From NCBI GenBank assembly GCA_003345555.1, contig PRDJ01000006.1, positions 1-32,000 of the forward strand: a stretch of 32,000 nucleotides of DNA, read 5' to 3'. This document shows, one piece after another, positions 25,047-32,000 of the stretch. This stretch comes from Candidatus Thorarchaeota archaeon (GTDB taxonomy: Archaea; Asgardarchaeota; Thorarchaeia; Thorarchaeales; Thorarchaeaceae). The position numbers were made by a program, and so were the translations under genes. Position 1 is the stretch's first letter; each line of letters starts with the position of its first letter. The notes under the pieces were generated by a model. That model saw nothing but the letters and a program-made list of their open reading frames with translations. It was not told the DNA's origin and did no database searches.

Positions 25047-25700
25047 ATGTGGGATAAACAAGACGCAATGAAGCTCGTTCGTGACACTGCTCTCATCCCA
25101 ATCATCAGAGTAGAATCTGCTGATATTGCGATGAAGGTTGCAGATGCCTTCCTCAATGGTGGCGTCAACATTATTGAGGTGACCTTTAGTGTGCCCGGAG
25201 CTACTGACGTTGTCCAGAAGCTGACGGAGAAGGTGGGCGACAAGGTGCTTGTCGGCACAGGGACTGTGCTAGACCCCGAAACAGCTCGCAGAGCGATTCT
25301 GGCGGGCAGCGAGTTCATCGTGGCTCCTTCGTACTCCAAGGATCTCATAGAGATGGCGAGAAGGTACTCCAAGCCTTGCTTCCCAGGAGCCATGACTCCG
25401 ACAGAGATACTTCAAGCGTATACATGGGGTGCCGATGCTGTCAAGGTGTTTCCATGCGGTGAACTGGGCGGAGCTGCTTACATCAAAGCTGTTCGAGCGC
25501 CTCTGCCGCACATACCATTGATTCCTACCGGAGGAGTCGACTTGCAGACCGCAGGACCAATGCTTGAAGCAGGGGCGTTCGCTCTAGGCGTAGGCAGTGC
25601 GATTGCAGATGCGAAGGCCATCAAAGACGGTCGCTATGAAGTCATTACCGAGAACGTCAGGAAGTTTCTCGAGATAGTGAGGAAATACAGAAAGAAGTAA
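25047..25700 (+). CDS. eda: KDPG/KHG aldolase
   Basis: PIIR, IEVT, VGTGTV, PGAMTPTEI, VKVFP (Schiff-base Lys), IPTGGV motifs. Confidence 0.93.
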   Translation: MWDKQDAMKLVRDTALIPIIRVESADIAMKVADAFLNGGVNIIEVTFSVPGATDVVQKLTEKVGDKVLVGTGTVLDPETARRAILAGSEFIVAPSYSKDLIEMARRYSKPCFPGAMTPTEILQAYTWGADAVKVFPCGELGGAAYIKAVRAPLPHIPLIPTGGVDLQTAGPMLEAGAFALGVGSAIADAKAIKDGRYEVITENVRKFLEIVRKYRKK

Positions 25701-25981
25701 ACGCCCGCGATGAGTCCAAGTTGTGAAGCGCACTGACATAGAAATCGCAATAACGCTTGAGGATTTGGTGGGGTGAATTGCCGGTTCCGCCCACTCGGCA
25801 AGGAGAAAGACCGCCCGACCTCTCCTACTGTCTTGTGCTACCATACATTGTTGGACTTGTAGTGCTCGATTTTGTATCCCGTTCGGGGTCCGATTCGGTG
25901 ACTGTCGAAGGGCCATCCATACTGAAGGGAAATAACTAAAACGGGCGCGCAGCGGCGTCTATTATCGGAGAGAACGAACAA

Positions 25982-26308
25982 ATGCCTGATGACTTGCTGG
26001 AAGTAATGAGAAAGAGAATCATTGTCGGACTTGAGCGTGAAAAGACAAAGGAAGCCATACAGGGCTGGGAAAGGTCAGCATCGCTTACTCTGAAAGATGG
26101 CCGCCAATTCAACTTTCTCGTCAAGAACAACAACATAACAGTGAACGAAGGTGCCATTGATAATCCGGACATGAGGATTGAGAGCGACGCCGATACGATA
26201 CGCAAGCTCTTCATGGAAGAGATGAGCGCTGCAGCGGCCCTCCTTACCCGCAAACTGAAAGTAAAAGGATCCGCGAGCGACCTGATGAAAATTCGCCATA
26301 TCTTCTAG
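25982..26308 (+). CDS. SCP2 sterol/lipid-binding domain protein
   Basis: 108 aa with PDMRIESDADT...F...MSAAAALLTRKLKVKGSASDLMK, the SCP2 C-terminal pattern. Confidence 0.85.
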   Translation: MPDDLLEVMRKRIIVGLEREKTKEAIQGWERSASLTLKDGRQFNFLVKNNNITVNEGAIDNPDMRIESDADTIRKLFMEEMSAAAALLTRKLKVKGSASDLMKIRHIF

Positions 26309-26333
26309 ACCGAATTCTGAGGAGGTCTTCGAA

Positions 26334-27740
26334 ACGGACCAGAGGATTGTCAAGCAGCTAGCCGAGATTGTCAGTAGCGAATACGTTTCGACTCGCAAAG
26401 ATGTTCTGCTTACGTACTCGGCATCAGCATCCACCGGTTATGATTCAGTGACGCCGGGTGCCGTCGTCCGTCCTGCTAGTACCGAAGAAGTCTCTAGGAT
26501 TCTGAGGTTCGCCAACGATGAAGCAATCACCGTCATTCCCAGGGGTGGTGGTTCAAGTCTGCAGGGAGAGGTCATTCCGAAGGCTGACAGCATTGTTGTC
26601 GAGCTTATGCGACTTGACAGGATGGCCCTGCATGAGAACCTCAGGTCTGTCACTGTCGGAGCTGGGGTTACCTATGGAGTGCTTGACAAATTCCTTAAAC
26701 CGAACGATTTGTGGGTTCCCATCTATCCCGAATCTTCCCTTGTCTGCACGGTGGCTGGAAATGTTGCTGTTAATGGTGCAGGTCCTGGTTCGAGCACCTA
26801 CGGATCTATTGCAGAAATGGTGCTCGGACTGGAGGTCGTCCTTCCCAACGGAGAGATCATCCAGACCGGGTCAGAGGCGAATCCGAATGCTCCTGGTCCA
26901 TTCATGAGGTACGCCTTCGGTCCTGATATCACCGGCTTGTTCATCGGTTCTTTAGGAAGTCTGGGAATCATAACCAAGGTCTCGCTGAAAGTATTCAAGC
27001 GAATGCATCATTTTGACTACAACACATATGGGTTTGATGACTCTTCCAAAGCAGAGCGGTTCCTGCTTGAACTTAGAAACAATGATGTCAACGCTCTGTT
27101 CGCCACGCTTTACGAGGGACGAATCCTGAACTTCTTCATGGATATGCTGGGGGATGAGTATGGCATACCTAAACACGAATGGCCCGCCTACACGGTTTCA
27201 GTGACTATTGGGCGAACGAGAGAGGACCAGCTCATTAGCGATGCCGAGGAGGCGAAACGCATCTGTTCTGAACTGGGCGGTGAAGTCATTGGCGTACGTG
27301 AGCTTCCTCGGGGTGAATGGACAGACCGTATGTGGGTATTCGCTAGATCCTCATATGCACACGGGTGGCACTGGAGGATACTCTACCATCACCAGACTCC
27401 CATCAATTGGCATAAGTCCATCGACGAGATTTGGAAGGTCATGGATAAGTATGGGCTGTTGGGCCACACAGCAGGATTCTTGACCGACCATTCTTCGTAC
27501 AACCTGTACCCCATGATTTTCTTCGATCCTGCTGACAAAGAGGAAGAACAAAAGGCGCGAAGGGCACACGCAGAACTTGCCCTTCGTTTGTATGAGACGG
27601 GTGCAGTCCCCTTCAAGCTGGCACCATATTGGGTAGATGGCGTCAAGGACCTTGAACGATACATCGAGTTCGTCAAGTCCGTAAAGAGACTTCTCGACCC
27701 TAAGGGAATCATGAACCCGGGTGTGATGGCAGGGGTATGA
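26334..27740 (+). CDS. FAD-binding oxidoreductase, GlcD/LdhD-like (second copy), probable ACG start
   Basis: VVRPAS.EEV, PRGGGSS, TVAGNVA, GPDITGLFIGSLGSLGIITK, LDPKGIMNPG. The frame is open upstream of GTG 26448 with the family-type N-terminus (M)DQRIVKQLAEIVSSEYVSTRKDVLLTYS, and GGAGGT lies 7 nt before ACG 26334. Confidence 0.85.
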   Translation, partial: TDQRIVKQLAEIVSSEYVSTRKDVLLTYSASASTGYDSVTPGAVVRPASTEEVSRILRFANDEAITVIPRGGGSSLQGEVIPKADSIVVELMRLDRMALHENLRSVTVGAGVTYGVLDKFLKPNDLWVPIYPESSLVCTVAGNVAVNGAGPGSSTYGSIAEMVLGLEVVLPNGEIIQTGSEANPNAPGPFMRYAFGPDITGLFIGSLGSLGIITKVSLKVFKRMHHFDYNTYGFDDSSKAERFLLELRNNDVNALFATLYEGRILNFFMDMLGDEYGIPKHEWPAYTVSVTIGRTREDQLISDAEEAKRICSELGGEVIGVRELPRGEWTDRMWVFARSSYAHGWHWRILYHHQTPINWHKSIDEIWKVMDKYGLLGHTAGFLTDHSSYNLYPMIFFDPADKEEEQKARRAHAELALRLYETGAVPFKLAPYWVDGVKDLERYIEFVKSVKRLLDPKGIMNPGVMAGV

Positions 27741-27741
27741 C

Positions 27742-28905
27742 ATGACTGGTGTGGACATTGAAGAACTAAGGGAGAACCTCCTGCAATGTCGCAGATGTGG
27801 TATATGCCGCAATGCAGTATACGAAGACGAAGGGTTCAACGGTGTCTGTCCTGTATGGAAGGCCTCGAGCGGCTTTGAGACCAGCTTCATGAGAGGCAAA
27901 GTCCAGGTTGCTCTTGCTCTTCTTGATGGTCAGCTGGAAAGGACCCCTGAGAATGCGGAGTCTCTCTACACCTGCACCCTTTGCGGGAACTGTTCTCAGA
28001 TATGCGCCGCAGAGTTCAATGCGAAGGATTGCCTCGAGAAAGTGCGAGAGGTATTTGCGGATATTCCAAATGAGATCCGCGATTCTCTTGCCCGAGCGAT
28101 TGCGCAGACGGGGAATCCCTATTCGGAGAAGCCCTCAGCTAAGCGAAGCTGGATCCGCCAGATGGGTTTCAAGGTACCGACTCGCGGCAAGACTCTATAC
28201 TATGTCGGCTGTACTACAGGACTAAGATTGCCTGACGTTGCCAAGTCGACAGCACGGATCTTGAAAGCCGGAGGAGTTGAATTTGCCGTCATGGAAAGTG
28301 AACCGTGCTGTGGGTCAGTGATGCTAAGGACCGGACGAACAAAGGAAGCAAACGAAAACGCGCAAAGTGTTGCCCAGAGCATTACTGACAGTGGTGCGGA
28401 GAGAGTTGTTGTGTCTTGCGCCGGGTGTTTGAGAGCCTTGAGGAAAGACTACCCTGAAAGGTTTGGCATTGACCTGCCGCCTGTCCTGCACATAACGGAA
28501 TATGCACAACAGCTAATTAACGAAGGGCGTCTCCGACCAAAGGGTTACCCGAAAGTTACGAGAATTGCCTATCACGACCCGTGTCACATGGGGCGCGAAC
28601 TCGGAATCTATGAAGCTCCAAGAGAAATCCTTCGGTCTATACCAGGCGTGGAGCTGGCCGAGATGGATCCTAGTCGAGAGGCAGCCATGTGCTGCGGAGC
28701 CGGTGGTGGTCTCAGGTCGTTTGCCCCTGATCTATCAAGAAGAATAGCAGCAGACCGAGTCCGAACGGCAGAATCCGCCAGAGCTAGAATTTTGGCTAGT
28801 TCTTGCCCGTTCTGTGAGCACAACCTCGCCGCAGGAAGGGATCTGAGCGGGAGCAGCATTGATGTTGTCGATGTCGCAGTTCTGCTTGCCAGCAGTCTCC
28901 CATAA
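27742..28905 (+). CDS. (Fe-S)-binding protein, GlcF/HdrD-like (second copy)
   Basis: CRRCGIC...CP, CTLCGNCSQIC, YVGC...CCG...CAGC, YHDPCH...CCGAGGG...CPFC. Confidence 0.9.
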   Translation: MTGVDIEELRENLLQCRRCGICRNAVYEDEGFNGVCPVWKASSGFETSFMRGKVQVALALLDGQLERTPENAESLYTCTLCGNCSQICAAEFNAKDCLEKVREVFADIPNEIRDSLARAIAQTGNPYSEKPSAKRSWIRQMGFKVPTRGKTLYYVGCTTGLRLPDVAKSTARILKAGGVEFAVMESEPCCGSVMLRTGRTKEANENAQSVAQSITDSGAERVVVSCAGCLRALRKDYPERFGIDLPPVLHITEYAQQLINEGRLRPKGYPKVTRIAYHDPCHMGRELGIYEAPREILRSIPGVELAEMDPSREAAMCCGAGGGLRSFAPDLSRRIAADRVRTAESARARILASSCPFCEHNLAAGRDLSGSSIDVVDVAVLLASSLP

Positions 28906-28968
28906 CGCCGAACGGGTGCATAGCTTCTCCTTGGTCGAGCACTGGACAGCCAACTATTCTATATCCAT

Positions 28969-28980
28969 AAAACTTTAAAG
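28969..28980 (+). promoter_or_regulatory. BRE/TATA-like element for ino1
   Basis: AAAACTTTAAAG about 50 nt upstream of ATG 29031. Confidence 0.5.
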
Positions 28981-29030
28981 GAAAGCCCTCTGCCCAAAGC
29001 AGAATGTCATTTGAGCCAGAGGTATAGCCA

Positions 29031-30098
29031 ATGGATGGAATCAAGGTGGCCCTATTCGGCATAGGTAACTGCGCCAGTGCGCTGGTTCAAGGGGTTCAGT
29101 ACTACAAAGATGCCAAGAACAATGGAGGTATCGTAGGTCTGAGCCACCCTGACTTCGCCGGTTACCACGTTAGGGATATCAAGTTCGTTGCGGCGTTCGA
29201 CGTTACCGACCGAAAGGTGGGTGCCGATCTTGCAGGTGCAATATTCGCTGAACCGAACAACGTAATCCACTTCGCCGAGGTACCGAAGACTGGAGTCAAG
29301 GTCCTAAGAGGGCCTCTGCTTGATGGTGTTGATGATAACCTCAGAACTCTCGTCAGGATTTCTCCTGCTCCAGAAGTTGATGTTGTAAAGGCTTTGAAGA
29401 ACTCCGGTGCAGAAATAGGAATAAGCCTGTTACCGGGCTCCGCTCAGCAGGCCACCAGTTTCTATGCCAACGCTTGTCTGGAGGCCGGTTGTGCATTCAT
29501 CAACGGCACCCCTGTGTCTATTGCATCGGACCCTGAGTGGGGCAAGAAGTTCAAGGAAAGAAAGCTCCCACTAGTGGGAGACGACATCCAGGATCAGATG
29601 GGGTCGACTGTACTTCATCGTAGCATACTACAGCTGCTAGTAGCTCGAGGAGTTCACGTGGACAAAAGCTATCAGCTGGACGTTGGTGGAGGTGCAGAAT
29701 CACTCGATTCTCACTATCGTGGCCGTATGAGAAAGCGTGAGGTAAAGACTGCCGCGATTAGTCAGGACCTTCCGTACGAAGCACCGATGGTCGCCGGGTC
29801 ATCAGACTACGTCAATTTTCTGAACAATGGTCGAGAGTCATACTTCTACATCACTGGGAAGCAGTTCGGAGGAGCCCCCATTACCATTGACATCCGCATG
29901 GAGGTAACAGACGGCCCCAATGCAGGTCAGGTACTGATGGATGCTATACGAGGTTCAAAGCTAGCACTGACGAGGGAAATCGGCGGTTCTCTTGAGTCAA
30001 TATCTGCTTATGGATTCAAGAAGCCTCCAGTACCCACAACAATGCACCAAGCCGAACGCTGGGTTGAGGAGTTCCTACTTGGGAAGAAGCGGCTCTGA
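29031..30098 (+). CDS. ino1: myo-inositol-1-phosphate synthase family protein (divergent active-site motifs)
   Basis: GIGNCASALVQG, FVAAFDV, INGTP, GDDI, MEVTDGPN, DAIR, KKPP. Colinear with archaeal/actinobacterial Ino1. Confidence 0.85.
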   Translation: MDGIKVALFGIGNCASALVQGVQYYKDAKNNGGIVGLSHPDFAGYHVRDIKFVAAFDVTDRKVGADLAGAIFAEPNNVIHFAEVPKTGVKVLRGPLLDGVDDNLRTLVRISPAPEVDVVKALKNSGAEIGISLLPGSAQQATSFYANACLEAGCAFINGTPVSIASDPEWGKKFKERKLPLVGDDIQDQMGSTVLHRSILQLLVARGVHVDKSYQLDVGGGAESLDSHYRGRMRKREVKTAAISQDLPYEAPMVAGSSDYVNFLNNGRESYFYITGKQFGGAPITIDIRMEVTDGPNAGQVLMDAIRGSKLALTREIGGSLESISAYGFKKPPVPTTMHQAERWVEEFLLGKKRL

Positions 30099-30500
30099 TT
30101 CGGAAAGCCAATGGTTTCCGATATAGTTGTCAATGAGCTTTCTTAGTTCATTCAATTCACTGACGACTCGGAACTCAGTCTCCTTCCCTACTTCCTCGAA
30201 GATTTCATTGTAATGTATCAGAGTATCGTACTCCTTTCTCAATGTTTCCTTTGCCTGAGCTGTCGTGGCTGACGGATCAAAAAGGACAATGAGACTCTCT
30301 GGCTCGAAATTCACCACCAGAGCGCGATCGACATATGTGACCTTCTTGCACTGTGGACACACTGCTCGGTTCAACTTCCCCGACTTGACTTGGGGTGCCA
30401 TCTTTCCGTCTTCTGCCAGGTCAATGTGCTCAATGATCACCGCTTCGAAGATCTTCTGGCACTTTTCGCACTTTATCTCAATCAGCGTGGTCCCGGGCAT
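30075..30500 (-). CDS. CpXC-domain (zinc-ribbon) protein
   Basis: IKCEKCQK...CPQCKK with an intervening I....D...VKSGKLN segment. Its 3' end overlaps ino1 convergently by 24 nt. Confidence 0.7.
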   Translation of the reverse strand: MPGTTLIEIKCEKCQKIFEAVIIEHIDLAEDGKMAPQVKSGKLNRAVCPQCKKVTYVDRALVVNFEPESLIVLFDPSATTAQAKETLRKEYDTLIHYNEIFEEVGKETEFRVVSELNELRKLIDNYIGNHWLSESEPLLPK

Positions 30501-30542
30501 TTAGCTCACCAGAGTCTAGTGGCCTATCACTTCTATTGTCAC

Positions 30543-31130
30543 TTAAGAATTATGACTGTCCCCTGACTTGTCTTCCTTGCTGTCGTATCTTCTTTTCAGG
30601 AGGAAGCCCATTATGAGAGCTGTGAGTACAAGGGACGCTAGGATTACCGGCGCACCCTCAAGAAGACCGCCGGCAACGTACCCAATTAATGCCCCAGCCG
30701 AGGTGACTGTGACTTTGCCTGCGAAATAAGTGAGAATAAACTTGACAATGCTATACCTTGTGAGTGCTGTGTAGACAACGACTGGGTCGTCTGGGAAAGG
30801 TGATGCAGCAGCAAGGAACAATGCGAGCCCGCCCCATTTTTCTGCTCGTGCTTTCTCCAGATCCACTGATTTCAGCAGTCTCTCAGACATTGCTTTTCGA
30901 GAGAACCGCACGATTCCATAGTGTACTGTCTTTGCTAGGGTTGCTGCCACCGCAACGATGACCCCAATTGCCAACCACACCATCGAAGGCATCAATACTG
31001 CTGCAACCCCAGCAAGAACCATGTTGCTTGGGCTGAGGAATGGAATCATGTTGATTATGAAACAGGCCAAGAGGAGTCCAAGGTACCCCTGAAGTATCAG
31101 CTGTGTTATTATCTGGAAGAAATCCTGCAT
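30543..31130 (-). CDS. VTT/DedA (SNARE-associated) membrane protein
   Basis: NMIPF..P, LFLAAASPFPDD...LTRYSIVKFILTYFAGK signature. Multiple TM segments. Confidence 0.8.
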   Translation of the reverse strand: MQDFFQIITQLILQGYLGLLLACFIINMIPFLSPSNMVLAGVAAVLMPSMVWLAIGVIVAVAATLAKTVHYGIVRFSRKAMSERLLKSVDLEKARAEKWGGLALFLAAASPFPDDPVVVYTALTRYSIVKFILTYFAGKVTVTSAGALIGYVAGGLLEGAPVILASLVLTALIMGFLLKRRYDSKEDKSGDSHNS

Positions 31131-31234
31131 TTTGCTCTCGCTCAGGCACTCTTTTCGGGCATGGTCGAGCCAGAGGTAATGGACTCGTTCAAGTATACGG
31201 ACACAATCGTCTATGCTGCATGTGACTGGAGTGA

Positions 31235-31654
31235 CTACGACGGGACTTTCTCTATGACGACGTTCTTCACGCCCTCGAGGCCCTTAAGGGAGCTACGCAG
31301 TTCGTCGAGCCCAATTGAGAGCTGCTTCGGCGAGAAGTAACACTCATAGAAGCACTTCGTTCCTCGGAGGCAGACGCCAGTTGAGTACAAGAGGTCCACT
31401 AGCCCTGACTTCTTGAATATCTGCGATAGCTTTGTCAGAAAGTCATTGGTTAGCTTTCCGATTTCAAGTGAAAGAAAGCTCACCTCATCCGTTTCCAGAG
31501 GATAGATTCTGATCAATCGGTCCTTGTGTGCCAGAACCATTAGTCCCTTGCTCGTACCTAAAGCTGTCTTGAATGCCTTGGGGAATCGAACAGTGTCGCT
31601 TTCGTCAAAAACCAGTACCCGGCCGGATGTGGCGCCTTCGTAAGTGCTTGGCAT
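31235..31654 (-). CDS. Hypothetical protein, possible AbrB-like N-terminus + ACT-like C-terminus
   Basis: VRFPKAFKTALG resembles an AbrB 'i.iPk..r..lg' segment, and the C-terminal part ends LKGLEGVKNVVIE as in ACT domains. ATG 31654 follows GGTGAT, and a TTTATA box lies at about 31726-31731. Confidence 0.55.
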   Translation of the reverse strand: MPSTYEGATSGRVLVFDESDTVRFPKAFKTALGTSKGLMVLAHKDRLIRIYPLETDEVSFLSLEIGKLTNDFLTKLSQIFKKSGLVDLLYSTGVCLRGTKCFYECYFSPKQLSIGLDELRSSLKGLEGVKNVVIEKVPS

Positions 31655-31829
31655 CTTATCACCCGTATCAGTGCCCGTGACATGGCGGATGTAATTGTCT
31701 AAACCTACCAACTATGTTAGTCCAATATAAACAAAGCGCCACTGGACTCACGTCTAGGCCTCAATAACAGCCCGAGTATGGTGCCCCTTTTCAGAGTTCG
31801 CGCCGAACGACAAAACAGGAGTTGATTGT

Positions 31830-32000
31830 CTGTCCGCTCCAGAATCATCCCGAGCCGAGCACGAATGGCGAGACGTTACACAACTCAGAATCCAATTCCT
31901 CTGTGAGTATCGCCTCCACCTGGAACAAATGCATGGTGAGATTCAGACGAAAGCCGCTTCAGTTGGATCTTGGTTACATGAGACGGACGACAGAATGCCC
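31830..32000 (+). CDS. 5' part of a probable Cas4-like / PD-(D/E)XK exonuclease (runs off the window), possible CTG start
   Basis: Open frame LSAPESSRAEHEWRDVTQLRIQFLCEYRLHLEQMHGEIQTKAASVGSWLHE matches the 'x.l..q..C..r.......G...H' N-terminus of Cas4-like nucleases. No ATG/GTG/TTG lies between the upstream TAG (31755) and the Cys motif. AGGAG is 8 nt before CTG 31830. Confidence 0.45.
   Translation, partial: MSAPESSRAEHEWRDVTQLRIQFLCEYRLHLEQMHGEIQTKAASVGSWLHETDDRMP

Noticed and set aside
25767-25830. HDV-like ribozyme (GGUGGG/CCCACU P1 with a G-U wobble)
   Set aside because: There is too little sequence between the P1 strands for P2, P3 and L3, and no downstream P2 complement. Kept only as an unexplained structure.
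25720-25940. Minus-strand frame YKIEHYKSNNVW-TAG-HKTVGEVG as a possible pyrrolysine read-through gene
   Set aside because: No start codon or SD, no recognisable family, and the downstream part runs antisense into eda.
332-31149. Numerous 60-200 aa alternative-frame and antisense ORFs (e.g. 949-1467, 4921-5511, 9329-9877, 11749-12285, 15341-15859, 18616-19125, 27351-27899)
   Set aside because: All lie largely within well-supported genes on another frame or strand and show no family motifs.
1-32000. tRNA, rRNA, CRISPR arrays, transposases, integrases
   Set aside because: No T-loop/cloverleaf signatures, repeat-spacer periodicity, terminal inverted repeats or recombinase motifs were seen by eye. 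A tRNAscan/Infernal run would be needed to exclude split or intron-containing tRNAs.

Overview
This is an archaeal, gene-dense, roughly 50% GC catabolic region. Archaeal origin is supported by GGTGA/GGAGG Shine-Dalgarno sites, TTTA/TTAA-type TATA boxes, a tungsten AOR, a Mer-like LLM enzyme and an archaeal/actinobacterial-type Ino1. An anaerobic sediment lineage such as Asgard/Thorarchaeia or Bathyarchaeia is an inference only. Left part: AOR, LLM oxidoreductase and MFS transporter, then a hydantoin-type racemase, two DUF917 paralogues flanking a divergent nucleotidyltransferase-like / metallophosphoesterase pair, two orphan genes and an APC permease. Middle: an Mrr-like HTH protein with degenerate catalytic motif, a MoaD/SAMP protein and a GlcD/GlcF-like pair. 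Right part: UroD/MtaA-like, RraA-like, ATC-hydrolase-like and aminotransferase genes, a glycyl radical enzyme (GRE), kdgK, eda, SCP2, a second GlcD/GlcF-like pair, a divergent Ino1 and small genes. No rRNA, tRNA, CRISPR array or mobile element was recognised. Main discoveries: (1) an unannotated 42-codon minus-strand ORF (14575-14447) with an in-frame TGA at a Cys-equivalent position, a candidate micro-selenoprotein sharing a promoter with MoaD/SAMP; (2) a diol-dehydratase-like GRE directly upstream of kdgK-eda, suggesting a radical sugar-acid dehydratase entry to an Entner-Doudoroff-type route; (3) an NTase/phosphoesterase pair embedded between two DUF917 genes; (4) probable non-canonical start codons (ACG at 26334, CTG at 31830); (5) an Ino1 homologue with altered active-site motifs.
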